Source: an uncultured Alphaproteobacteria bacterium (GTDB lineage: Bacteria; Pseudomonadota; Alphaproteobacteria; Rhizobiales; Aestuariivirgaceae). From it: DNA of 64,000 nucleotides. Within the stretch, counting starts at the first letter, position 1. Each line of letters begins with the position of its first letter. The notes beneath the pieces are model-generated. The model had not been told where the DNA came from. It did not search any database and saw nothing but the letters and a program-made list of their open reading frames with translations. Of the stretch, positions 51,480 through 61,338 are shown piece after piece. The position numbers and the translations under genes were made by a program. The stretch is taken from positions 33,430-97,429 of the forward strand of contig CAVWAY010000006.1 in assembly GCA_963753025.1 (NCBI GenBank), in the 5' to 3' direction.

Positions 51480-52831
51480 TTATGGAGGGCCCAAATCCAC
51501 CATGCTGCGGGGCCAGCTCAACTGGATAACCGCGCCATGTTCGGGAAGGGGGCGGTTGGCCAGCGAAACCGTGGCGCCTGAGCGTTCCAGCAGGGTCTTG
51601 GCGATAAAAAAGCCCAATCCCATGCCCTCGTGGCGGCCCTTTTCACTCTCCTGGTCGACGCCATAACCGGGCCGCGTGGTCACAAAGGGATCACCCAGAA
51701 GGTCAAAAATCGCCTGGTCAAACCCCGGCCCGTCATCTGAAATGAGCAGCGATACTTTCGCCGATGGACCATTGGGCAACAATGCTGACCTTGGTTTGGG
51801 CAAAATCCACGGCATTCTCCAGAAGATTCCCCAGGCCATAGGCAATGGCCGGATTCCGCCGGAATACGGGTTCGGGCGTTTGCGCCGCCGTCCCATCGCC
51901 GGCAACCGTGATATCGATGGTAACATCCGGCCCGCGGATGGGCGCCACCAGATCCTCGATCATGACCGAAAGCTTGACCCGCGCATACATGTCGTCGGCC
52001 TGCGTATCCCGGTTGGCAAGCCGTGAGAGGATTTCCCGGCATCGCCCGGTCTGGCTGATCAGCAGGTCGATATCCTCCGTATGCGGACCTTCTTCCGGCA
52101 GTTCCCGTTTCAGCTCCTTGGCCACAAGCGGCGATGGTGGCCAGCGGCGTGCCCAGTTCATGGGCCGCCGCGGCGGCCAGCCCGTCAAGCGCCGAAAGCC
52201 GCTGCTCGCGCGCCAGCACCATTTCGGCGGCGGTGAGCGCCGATGACATCTGCCGGGCTTCTTCGGCAATGCGCCGCGCGTAAATCGATGAAAACACCAC
52301 GCCGCACATGATGGCCGCCCACATGCCGCCGATATAGGCCTTGGGCAGAACCAGCGCCGCCGCAGTGTTCCACGGCAGCGGCAGGTGAAAAATCGCCAGG
52401 AAGCTGGCGCACAGGAAAGCAATCGTGCTGAGCCACAGTGTCCATTTCAACGGCAGCGACGTGGCCGATACGGTGACCGGAACAAGAAACAGGAAGGCAA
52501 AAGGATTTTCCAATCCGCCCGTGAGGTAGAGCAGCAGCGCCAGTTGAATGACGTCATAGCCGAGAAGCAGGCCGGCTTGGGTTGGCGCAAGCCTCAAACT
52601 GGAACGCCAGCGCAGGGTGAGAAAAATATTGAGCCAGGCGCTGAGTGCAATGACGCCAAGGCAGGCACCCAAGGGCAGCGGAAAATCCAGAATGAAATGA
52701 ACACCCAAAACGGCCAGTGATTGGCCGAAAACCGCAAGCCAGCGCAGGCGCACCAAGGTCCGCAGCCGGAGAAGCCCCGCCGTCGAGTTGAAGGTTTCCG
52801 GTGCCTCCGGGGAGGCCGCGAAAAGTGACAT
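51480..52831 (-). CDS. regB: Redox sensor kinase RegB/PrrB/ActS, frameshifts near 52130 and 51760
   Basis: LRWLA, TGGLENPF, AAAAHELGTPL, RCREIL redox cysteine, GMGLG. Confidence 0.93.
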
Positions 52832-52885
52832 TTAGCCCTTGCCTTATGATTTACTCTGGCCGGACATTAGGATAAAGCCTCGCAA

Positions 52886-53509
52886 ATGCCAAAACCGCAT
52901 TATGCGCCTTCGCGCTTTCAACTGATCTTCGCAACCCTCGCCCTGCTTGCCGCACTCGTTGTTGGAGTCACTGCCTATTATTTTTCGGGTCAAATTCAAA
53001 CGGCGACAGGCACCGGCACGGCCCTCGTTGGCGGCCCCTTCACGCTGACCGATCAAGATGGGCGCAAGGTCACCGACAAGGATTTTCTGGGAAAATACAT
53101 GCTGGTGTTTTTCGGCTACACCTATTGCCCAGATCTTTGCCCCACCGAATTGCAGGTGATGTCCGTGGCGCTCGACAGTATGGGCGCAAAGGCCGATGCG
53201 ATACAGCCGGTCTTCATCAGTTTCGATCCGGAGCGCGACACGCCGGAAGTATTGAAGCAGTATGTGTCAAACTTCCATCCCCGCCTCGTGGGCCTGACCG
53301 GCACGCCGGAGGAAATTGCCGCCGCCGCCAAGGCCTACCGGGTCTATTACAGCAAGGTTCCTAACAGTTCCGCGCCTGATACCTATCTCATGGACCATTC
53401 CACCATCACCTACCTGATGGATCCCCAAGGCAAGTTCCTGAAGCATTTCAGCTATTCCACCGATTCGGCCGCCCTGGCGAAGGCTCTTGAAGAGGCCCTG
53501 GCGCCTTAA
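52886..53509 (+). CDS. senC: SCO1/SenC copper chaperone
   Basis: FGYTYCPDLCP, DPERDT, MDHS; divergent from regB. Confidence 0.92.
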   Translation: MPKPHYAPSRFQLIFATLALLAALVVGVTAYYFSGQIQTATGTGTALVGGPFTLTDQDGRKVTDKDFLGKYMLVFFGYTYCPDLCPTELQVMSVALDSMGAKADAIQPVFISFDPERDTPEVLKQYVSNFHPRLVGLTGTPEEIAAAAKAYRVYYSKVPNSSAPDTYLMDHSTITYLMDPQGKFLKHFSYSTDSAALAKALEEALAP

Positions 53510-53564
53510 TTTACTGTAATACTAGCATAATGGACGGTTGCAGGAATCCTAAGGAGTTGTTAGG

Positions 53565-53578
53565 TTGCGTTGCAGCAT
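53565..53578. promoter_or_regulatory. PhaR-like operator upstream of phaZ
   Basis: TTGCGTTGCAGCAT. Confidence 0.65.
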
Positions 53579-53614
53579 GATGCGATCACGCGCTCCTGAA
53601 GGGACATTTTCCGA

Positions 53615-54847
53615 ATGCTCTATAATCTCTACGAGATGAACCACGCTGCCCTCGTGCCGTGGCGTGCGGCGGCGGATTTGGGTTTGAATTTTTGGCAGAA
53701 TCCGATCCACCCGTGGAGTTCTTCCAGCACGGCCCGCGCCGTAAGCGCCTCGCTCGAACTCTTTGAGCGCGCCACCCGCCGGTTTGCGAAACCATCTTTT
53801 GAACTGAAGGAAACAACGGTAGGCGGCGTCACCGTCAGCGTCAGCGAGCTAATTCTTCTGCATAAGCCCTTCGTATCGCTGCTGCATTTCAGCAAGGTCT
53901 GGCCGGAAAAGATCAAGGTGAAATCCCAGCCGAAGCTGCTCGTCGTAGCCCCCATGTCCGGTCACTATGCCACCCTGCTGCGCGGCACCGTCGAAGCCCT
54001 GCTGCCCCACTTCGATGTTTATATTACCGACTGGGCCGATGCCCGCACCGTTCCCGTGTCCATGGGAAAATTCGATCTCGAGGATTATGTCGATCACGTC
54101 ATCGAAATGCTCCAGGTCCTGGGCGGCAACGTCAATGTCATGGCGGTGTGCCAGCCCTCGGTTCCGGTCATGGCCGCTGTAGCTCTGATGAATGCCAGCG
54201 GTGACAAGAACACGCCAAAGAGCATGATCCTCACGGGCGGCCCCATTGATACGCGCCGCAACCCAACTGCCGTCAACAAATTGGCGCAGGAAAAGGGTTC
54301 TGACTGGTTCCGCAAGAATGTGATCATGAAGGTGCCGTTCCCCCATGCGGGCTTCATGCGTGACGTTTATCCCGGCTTCCTGCAACTCACCGGTTTCATG
54401 ACGATGAATCTTGACCGCCACATGGATGCCCACCGCCAGCTCTTCTGGCACCTCGTCGAGGGCGATGAGGAGAGCGCCGAAAAGCATGAAGATTTCTACG
54501 ATGAATACATGTCGGTCATGGACTTGACGGCAGAATTCTATTTGCAAACCGTGGACCGCGTCTTCGTCAATCACGATCTCCCGAACGGCTCCTACATGCA
54601 TCGCGGAACCCTGGTTGATCCATCGAAGATCACCAAAACTGCCCTTCTCACGGTGGAAGGCGAGCGCGACGACATTTCCGGCGTCGGGCAAACCGAGGCC
54701 GCCCATGACTTGTGTTCCAACCTGCCGCAGGAAAAGAAACGCCATCACCTGCAGCTTGGCGTCGGCCACTACGGCGTGTTCAGCGGCTCGCGCTTCCGCA
54801 AGGATGTTGTGCCAATGATCGTGGATTTTGTGAACGCCAGCGCCTGA
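53615..54847 (+). CDS. phaZ: Intracellular polyhydroxyalkanoate depolymerase
   Basis: APMSGHYATLLRGT, AVCQP catalytic Cys, VYPGFLQL, GHYGVF. Confidence 0.95.
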   Translation: MLYNLYEMNHAALVPWRAAADLGLNFWQNPIHPWSSSSTARAVSASLELFERATRRFAKPSFELKETTVGGVTVSVSELILLHKPFVSLLHFSKVWPEKIKVKSQPKLLVVAPMSGHYATLLRGTVEALLPHFDVYITDWADARTVPVSMGKFDLEDYVDHVIEMLQVLGGNVNVMAVCQPSVPVMAAVALMNASGDKNTPKSMILTGGPIDTRRNPTAVNKLAQEKGSDWFRKNVIMKVPFPHAGFMRDVYPGFLQLTGFMTMNLDRHMDAHRQLFWHLVEGDEESAEKHEDFYDEYMSVMDLTAEFYLQTVDRVFVNHDLPNGSYMHRGTLVDPSKITKTALLTVEGERDDISGVGQTEAAHDLCSNLPQEKKRHHLQLGVGHYGVFSGSRFRKDVVPMIVDFVNASA

Positions 54848-55603
54848 TGGCCGGCCTGCTTCGCAAATTTGTGAAAGCATGGTCAGAAACTCCGGTCGAA
54901 CCCTATTCCATTGTTATCGATGACCAGCCCGTCATCGTGAATTTCCGCCGCAACAGTCGGGCCAAGCGCATCATTCTCCGCCTCACGCGCGACGCCACCG
55001 GTGTCGCCGTGACAATTCCGAAAAACATGAATGCGGCCCGGGCCCAGGCCTTTGTGGAGAAATCGGTTCCGTGGATTTCAAAACATCTCAAACAGCGCGC
55101 CCCGAAAACAGTTCTGGGACACGGCTCCGTCATTCCGCTGCGCGGCATTCCCCATGAGGTCCACGCCACCACGGCGCGCCGCGGCCTCATCACCCTTGAT
55201 CCCGAAGCCCGCCGCATTCTTGTGCCCGGCGATCCCCGCCATTTGAGCCGCCGCCTGCAGGATTGGCTGAAAGCGGAGGCCAAGGCCGACCTCACCGAAG
55301 CTTCAGCCCGCTATGCAAAATCCATGGCCGTCGATTTCAAGCGGATTTCAGTCCGCGACCAGAAAAGCCGCTGGGGTTCATGCTCTGCCTCGGGCGATCT
55401 TTCCTACAACTGGCGCCTGATCCTGGCTCCCAGCCACATCCTGGATTATGTTGCCGCCCATGAAGTGGCCCACCGCCAGCACATGAATCACGGGCCACGA
55501 TTCTGGCGTCTGGTGCTGACCCATTGCCCGCACGCCTCAACGCGCCAAGCATTGGTTCAAATCCAACGGCGCGGAATTGCACCGTTTCACGGCGCATCAG
55601 TAG
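54847..55603 (+). CDS. M48/YgjP-like (SprT-like) metallopeptidase, frameshift near 55540
   Basis: DQKSRWGSCS, YVAAHEVAH, NHGPRFW; alternative frame AKHWFKSNGAELHRFTAHQ*. Confidence 0.88.
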
Positions 55604-57693
55604 ATCGAATTATTATCATTCTTGGACTGGCGCTTTCTCCGTTTCTCCGCCCGCGATTCATCGCTGCTGCCGAAGATGCGCTCAAAAAATCCCTTCTTGC
55701 GCGTGGGAGTCTCAAACTCTTCCTCGCTTGCATAGTCCATGTTTTCGTCTTGGGACACCAGATAGGGGTCCGTGGCTTCCGGCTGTTCTCCAATATAGCC
55801 GGGCAGTGGAGCGGGCGACAGGTTGGCATGCGCCACTTCCATTACATCTTTCCAGATGGCAGCAGGAATGGAACCGCCGGTCACCGTTTTGGTGGGCGAA
55901 TTATCGTCATTACCCAGCCAGACGCCGGCCACAAGATAGCTGGAATAGCCGATAAACCACGCATCCCGGTAATCCTGGCTGGTGCCGGTTTTGCCGGCGA
56001 TGTCGAAGTCGGGAATTTGCGCCTTCTTGGCCGTGCCCTGCGTGACCACGGCGCGCATCATGGAATTCATCGAGCCCAGGTCGCGGTTTGACATGGCCTG
56101 TCCGAGGCCGTCACCGCTGCGTTCATAAATCACCTGGCCATCGCGCGTCACGATGCGGCGCACCGAAAATGGCACAATGCTGTAGCCGCCATTGGCAAAG
56201 GGCGTGAAGGCCGAGGTGAGTTCCAGAAGTGTCACTTCCGAGGTTCCCAGTGCAATCGAAGCGTCTTTGCCGAGATGCGAGGTAATGCCAAGGCGGTGCG
56301 CCACGGCCACGACATTTTCGGGCCCCACGCTCGCTGCCAGTTGCGCCGCAACACTGTTGAGCGAAAGCGCCAGGGCCGTCCGCAGCGTGACTTCACCCAT
56401 GTATTTGTTGTTGTAGTTTTCTGGCTGCCAGTTGCCGATGCGAATGGGCTGGTCATTGACTACGGACTCCGGCGTATAGCCCTGTTCCATCGCCGCCAGG
56501 TAAACGAAGGGCTTGAAGGTTGAGCCGGGCTGCCGCATGGCCTTGGTGGCGCGGTTGTACTGGCTGCGCTGGTAGGATCTGCCGCCGACCATGGCCTTGA
56601 CCGCCCCGAAGGTGTCCATGACCACCATGGCCCCCTGCGAAACCTTGAGCTTCTTGCCATCTTCGTTCAAATGCTTGCGCAGCGACCTTTCGGCGAGGAA
56701 TTGAAGCTGTGGATTGATGGTGGTTTCAACGATGATGGACTGGCCATAATTTTTGACCAGCAGGGGCAGCTGTTCGTTGACCCAGTCCACCACATACTGG
56801 GTCGCCGGAACATAATCCGATGCCACGACGGTTGCCGGCGCATTGACGGCCTGGTCCGCTTCGCCCTGGCTGATGAAGTCTGCATCGACCATGGCATTGA
56901 GCACCAGGTTGGTGCGGGCCGCTGCCGCATCGGGATGCGCGATCGGATTGTAGTTTGATGGCGCCTTGAGCACGCCGGCCAGTGTTGCCGCCTCGGTGAG
57001 GTTAAGGTCAGTGGCGGACTTGTGATAAAAAACCTGTGCCGCCTTTTCAATGCCCGTGGCACCCGAGCCATAATAGACGCGGTTGAGATAAAGCTGGAGA
57101 ATATCATCCTTGGAAAATTTTGTTTCGAGCCAGAGCGCCAGCACCAGTTCCTGCGCCTTGCGGCTGTAGGTGCGCTCGGGTTTCAGAAAAAGATTCTTGG
57201 CAAGCTGCTGCGTGATGGTGGAGCCGCCTTGCACCACGCGGCCCGCGGTGAAGTTCTGGTAGGCCGCCCGCATGAGGCTCAACGGATCAACCCCGAAGTG
57301 CGAGCGGAAGCGGTGGTCTTCGATGGCGATCAGTGCATTGGGCACATAGTCCGGAAGTTCCGATACGCGCACCTGGTCGCCGAAGAACGCCCCCTGTTCC
57401 GAAAGCACCGTGCCGTCTTCCGCCAGCAGCATGATGCCGGGCTGCAACTCGGGGATTTGCAGCAGCCCCTTCTGGCTCAGCGAGAACCAGACATAGCCAA
57501 ACATCGCCGCAAGGGCGATCGAGCCGAGAACCGCGGACTTGAAGGCGAAGGAAAAGAGCCAGCGGAGGAAAGAGCGCCGCCGTCTTGGCTGCGGCTCTGA
57601 ATCCTTTGCGCCCCGGCGTTTCTTGCGGTCAAAAAGCTGGGGCTCCCGCCGTTCACTGGGGGAGTGCCTTTTCCTGCCACCGAATAGTCCCAT
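55597..57693 (-). CDS. Class A penicillin-binding protein (PBP1A family)
   Basis: EDHRF, GGSTITQQLAKN, YLN (transglycosylase); STFK, SLN, KTG (transpeptidase). Confidence 0.95.
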   Translation of the reverse strand: MGLFGGRKRHSPSERREPQLFDRKKRRGAKDSEPQPRRRRSFLRWLFSFAFKSAVLGSIALAAMFGYVWFSLSQKGLLQIPELQPGIMLLAEDGTVLSEQGAFFGDQVRVSELPDYVPNALIAIEDHRFRSHFGVDPLSLMRAAYQNFTAGRVVQGGSTITQQLAKNLFLKPERTYSRKAQELVLALWLETKFSKDDILQLYLNRVYYGSGATGIEKAAQVFYHKSATDLNLTEAATLAGVLKAPSNYNPIAHPDAAAARTNLVLNAMVDADFISQGEADQAVNAPATVVASDYVPATQYVVDWVNEQLPLLVKNYGQSIIVETTINPQLQFLAERSLRKHLNEDGKKLKVSQGAMVVMDTFGAVKAMVGGRSYQRSQYNRATKAMRQPGSTFKPFVYLAAMEQGYTPESVVNDQPIRIGNWQPENYNNKYMGEVTLRTALALSLNSVAAQLAASVGPENVVAVAHRLGITSHLGKDASIALGTSEVTLLELTSAFTPFANGGYSIVPFSVRRIVTRDGQVIYERSGDGLGQAMSNRDLGSMNSMMRAVVTQGTAKKAQIPDFDIAGKTGTSQDYRDAWFIGYSSYLVAGVWLGNDDNSPTKTVTGGSIPAAIWKDVMEVAHANLSPAPLPGYIGEQPEATDPYLVSQDENMDYASEEEFETPTRKKGFFERIFGSSDESRAEKRRKRQSKNDNNSIY

Positions 57694-57742
57694 CGTCGTC
57701 CCTTGGCCCAAGAGGCTCTATGCCTTTGATGGGGCTTATCAT

Positions 57743-57757
57743 TTAACCCTTGGTTAA
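57743..57757. promoter_or_regulatory. CtrA binding site upstream of the PBP gene
   Basis: TTAA-cccttgg-TTAA, exact TTAA-N7-TTAA. Confidence 0.7.
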
Positions 57758-57803
57758 GGCCAAACTCGGCGTAAAAGATGGTCCAATAATGACGGCGGCG
57801 GGA

Positions 57804-59339
57804 TTACATAACCGCGCCCACCTGCCAGGGCACATACTCATTGTCGCCGTAGCCCAGCTCTTCGGATTTGGTCTTTTCGCCGGAGGCGACTTTCAGGACC
57901 TTGTTGAAGATTTCCTGGCCCTTGTCGGCAATCGAAACCCCTTCAACGACGTCGCCGCAATTGATGTCCATGTCCTCGATCATGCGGTTGTAAACATCGG
58001 TATTTGTTGCGAGTTTTATCGATGGAACCGGCTTGCAGCCATAGGCCGAACCGCGCCCCGTGGTAAAGCACAGCATATTGGCCCCGCCCGCCACCTGACC
58101 CGTGGCGGAAACGGGGTCGTAGCCCGGCGTATCCATGAACACGAAGCCCTTGGCGGTCACCTGTTCCGCATAGCGGTAAACTGCTTCCAGCGTCGTGGTG
58201 CCACCCTTGGCGGCCGCACCCAGGGACTTTTCCAGAATAGTAGAAAGCCCGCCCAGCTTGTTGCCGGGGGAGGGATTATTGTTCATTTCCATCAGGTTAC
58301 GCTTGGTATAGTCCTCCCACCAGTGAATGATGTCGACCAGTTTTTCGCCGACTTCGCGCGACACGGCGCGGCGTGTGAGAAGATGTTCGGCCCCATAGAT
58401 TTCTGGGGTTTCGGAGAGAATGGCCGTGCCGCCCTGGCGGACCAACAGGTCAACCGCCGCACCCAGTGACGGATTGGCCGTAATCCCGGAATAGCCATCC
58501 GAACCACCGCATTGAAGGGCCAGGATGATTTCAGAGGCGTAGCATTTTTCCCGCTTCACATCGTTGACGTAGGGCAGCATGGCTCTGACCGCTTCGACCC
58601 CGGCGGCAACCGTCTTGCGGGTTCCACCCGTCTCCTGAATGGTCATCGTGCGGAAGGTGTTTCCCTCTTTGATTCCATAGGCTTCCTTGAAGCGGGGAAT
58701 CTGGAATCCCTCGCAGCCCAAGCCCACCATCATGACGCCGCCCATGTTCGGATTGGTGGCATAGCCCCAGGAGGTGCGCTTCAATACGTCGAAGATGGCG
58801 CCCCTGAAATCAATGACGCAGCCATTGTCCATCTTGAGGGCGACAACGCCGTCGATGTTTTTGTAATCCTTGAGGATTCCGGAACGGTTGATCTCTTCGG
58901 CAATGAATTTTGCCACCGTGGCCGAGCAGTTCACGCTCGTCATGATGCCGATGTAATTGCGCGTCCCCACCTTGCCGTTGGCGCGTCTATAACCTTGAAA
59001 TGTTTCCTGTTTCTCGAGCGGCAGGATATCGGTGTGGATGGCTCCCTGGGCAAAGGCATAGTCATGCGAAAGCTCGCCCATGCCGATATTGTGTTCATGG
59101 ATCCATGCGCCCGCCGGAATATCAACCTTGGCGAAGCCGATGATTTGCCCGAATTTTTTGACCGGAGCGCCAGACTTAATGTTGGCCGCCGCCATCTTGT
59201 GGCCTTTGCCGATGCGCTCGGAAGCAACAATATCCTCGGACGTCAGCGCTCCTTTTTCCACCGTGGTGATTGCCACAACGACGTTATCAACAGCATTGAG
59301 ACGCAACATGTGCTGCTTTTGCGATGGTTTATCGAGCAT
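57804..59339 (-). CDS. UxaA family (altronate/galactarate) dehydratase
   Basis: SAF domain GHKMA, GTRNY..SVNCS, QCGGSDG, NPSPGNK, FTTGRG. Confidence 0.93.
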   Translation of the reverse strand: MLDKPSQKQHMLRLNAVDNVVVAITTVEKGALTSEDIVASERIGKGHKMAAANIKSGAPVKKFGQIIGFAKVDIPAGAWIHEHNIGMGELSHDYAFAQGAIHTDILPLEKQETFQGYRRANGKVGTRNYIGIMTSVNCSATVAKFIAEEINRSGILKDYKNIDGVVALKMDNGCVIDFRGAIFDVLKRTSWGYATNPNMGGVMMVGLGCEGFQIPRFKEAYGIKEGNTFRTMTIQETGGTRKTVAAGVEAVRAMLPYVNDVKREKCYASEIILALQCGGSDGYSGITANPSLGAAVDLLVRQGGTAILSETPEIYGAEHLLTRRAVSREVGEKLVDIIHWWEDYTKRNLMEMNNNPSPGNKLGGLSTILEKSLGAAAKGGTTTLEAVYRYAEQVTAKGFVFMDTPGYDPVSATGQVAGGANMLCFTTGRGSAYGCKPVPSIKLATNTDVYNRMIEDMDINCGDVVEGVSIADKGQEIFNKVLKVASGEKTKSEELGYGDNEYVPWQVGAVM

Positions 59340-59383
59340 TTGACGACCTCTGGGATGCAATTTCACATAGAACTTGCGTTGCC

Positions 59384-59417
59384 TATTATTCATACTAACA
59401 TGTTAGTATGAATAATA
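59384..59417. promoter_or_regulatory. Perfect 34-bp palindrome, likely GntR operator
   Basis: TATTATTCATACTAACA|TGTTAGTATGAATAATA between divergent genes, covering the GntR ATG. Confidence 0.7.
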
Positions 59418-60142
59418 CAGCGGTGAGTTTCGACATACCTACCCCGCCCCGGAAGGGTACCCGCGGCGGTGCCGGCGACCATGTGTATCTGGTTTTGCGC
59501 GAAGCCATCGTATCTTTGGAGCTCAAGCCTGGCCAGATCCTGGACAAGCAGGTCTTCGTCGAGCGCTTCGGCGTCTCCCGCGCCCCAATCTATGATGCCT
59601 TCACCAGGCTTCAGGCCGAAGCCCTGGTCGACGTGGTCCCCCAGCGCGGAACAACGGTCAGCCTGATCAAGATTTCCGATGCCCGGGAAAACATGTTCCT
59701 GCGCCGGGCCTTGGAGGTGGAGGCGGTGCGGGCGGTGACCCGTAACTTCTCCGGCGACCATCTCGAGGCCCTGAAACAAAACCTGCGCTATCAGTCGGCC
59801 GCCGTTGCATCCGGTGACAAGATCGGCTTCCACCGCTTTGACCTGGAATTTCATGCGGTGCTGTTTGAGGCGCTGGGTTTTGAACGGGTGAAGGCTTTTG
59901 CCGAAACGGCGAGGCTTGGCCTCGACCGGGTGCGCCGCCTGCTCAACTCGAGGCGCCGGCAGGAATTCACCTTGCAGGAGCATCAGGCCATCCTTGAGGA
60001 AATTCAGCAGCGCAACGCCAACGCCGCCGCCAATGCCATGGGCGCCCACCTTGATGCCGTGATGAAGGAACTCGAAACTTTTGCCGCGGCAAATCCTGAA
60101 CTCTTTGCCGATCTCCAAGCCAAACATGACGGACAATTATGA
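59408..60142 (+). CDS. GntR family regulator (FCD domain)
   Basis: FGVSRAPI, PQRGT, RRALE, DLEFH, EHQAI. Confidence 0.92.
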   Translation: MNNTAVSFDIPTPPRKGTRGGAGDHVYLVLREAIVSLELKPGQILDKQVFVERFGVSRAPIYDAFTRLQAEALVDVVPQRGTTVSLIKISDARENMFLRRALEVEAVRAVTRNFSGDHLEALKQNLRYQSAAVASGDKIGFHRFDLEFHAVLFEALGFERVKAFAETARLGLDRVRRLLNSRRRQEFTLQEHQAILEEIQQRNANAAANAMGAHLDAVMKELETFAAANPELFADLQAKHDGQL

Positions 60143-61158
60143 AGAAGAATTTATTCAAGGCGCCTTCCGGCGCTTCCATACCTCTCACCGAAATGGGCAT
60201 GGGCACCGCCCCCCTGGGCAATCTCTATCGCGCCATTTCCGAAAAAGATGCGCAGGATACACTTGCAGCCGCCTGGAAAGCCGGCATCCGCTATTTTGAT
60301 ACGGCCCCGTTTTATGGTTTGGGCATTGCGGAAAACCGCCTCAATCCGTTTTTCCGCGCCCACAAGCGCAGCGATTATGTGGTTTCAACCAAGGTCGGGC
60401 GCCTGCTCGAAGTGTGCAAGCCCAGCGAGCGCGCCGGCATCGGAAAATTTTTCGACACGCCGTCGCGCAAGGAAGTATTCGACTACACCTATGACGGGAT
60501 CATGCGCTCGCTCGACTCGTCGCTGGAGCGTCTTGGCCTTGACCAGGTGGATATTCTGTATGTCCATGATGTGGATGTTTTTACCCATGGCTCTGAAGCT
60601 GTCCGCGATGCCCATGTGAAAACCCTGATGGGCAGTGGCTACAAGGCGCTGCAAAAATTGCGCGACGAGAAAGTCATCAAGGCTTTTGGCGCCGGCATCA
60701 ATGAGTGGCAGGTCTGTGAGATCCTCTTGGCGCAGGGCGACTTCGATATTTTTCTTCTTGCCGGCCGCTACACCCTGCTGGAGCAGGAGGCCTTGAATTC
60801 ATTTCTGCCGCTCTGTGAAAAACGCGGCATCGGCATTGTTCTTGGCGGGCCCTACAACTCCGGCATTCTTGCCACTGGCGCGAAGCCCGGGGCCTTGTAT
60901 AATTACGATCCTGCGCCAAAGAATATTCTGGATCGGGTGAGAAAGATCGAAGCCGTGTGCAAGGCCCATAAGGTAAAACTGCCTGAAGCGGCGCTGCGCT
61001 TTCCGGTAAAGCATCCTTCCGTCGTGTCGGTCATTCCCGGTATGGTGAACCCGAAACAGGTGGCCCTGAATGTTAAAACCCTTGGGGCAAAGATTCCAAA
61101 GGCATTCTGGAAAGACTTGAAAACGCAGGGCCTTTTGCATGCGGGAGCGCCCGTGTGA
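60139..61158 (+). CDS. Aldo/keto reductase (D-threo-aldose 1-dehydrogenase-like)
   Basis: GTAPLGNLY, FDTAPFYG, STKVGR, LAGRYTLLEQ. Confidence 0.9.
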   Translation: MKKNLFKAPSGASIPLTEMGMGTAPLGNLYRAISEKDAQDTLAAAWKAGIRYFDTAPFYGLGIAENRLNPFFRAHKRSDYVVSTKVGRLLEVCKPSERAGIGKFFDTPSRKEVFDYTYDGIMRSLDSSLERLGLDQVDILYVHDVDVFTHGSEAVRDAHVKTLMGSGYKALQKLRDEKVIKAFGAGINEWQVCEILLAQGDFDIFLLAGRYTLLEQEALNSFLPLCEKRGIGIVLGGPYNSGILATGAKPGALYNYDPAPKNILDRVRKIEAVCKAHKVKLPEAALRFPVKHPSVVSVIPGMVNPKQVALNVKTLGAKIPKAFWKDLKTQGLLHAGAPV

Positions 61159-61338
61159 TGAACTGTTTCAACCAACGCAAGTGAAAGAAGGAGGTATCCA
61201 GCGGCAAGACAAGTCCGCTTCTGAAAAATCGCCTGACATAAAATATCAATCTGTACGCTTTGAGGTCAGGCTTTTGACGTGAGGCATGAACAAATTGAAA
61301 CGAGCCCAAAATGGGTCGTAAAAATGGGAGAGAACACA

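Noticed and set aside
55604-56091. M48 peptidase apparently extending about 490 nt antisense into the PBP gene
   Set aside because: The alternative frame after about 55540 gives a family-typical end (WFKSNGAELH) and a stop at 55603
61231-61271. GCCTGAC-N27-GTCAGGC inverted repeat upstream of the binding-protein gene
   Set aside because: Short arms with a long spacer and no similarity to the GntR palindrome; insufficient support
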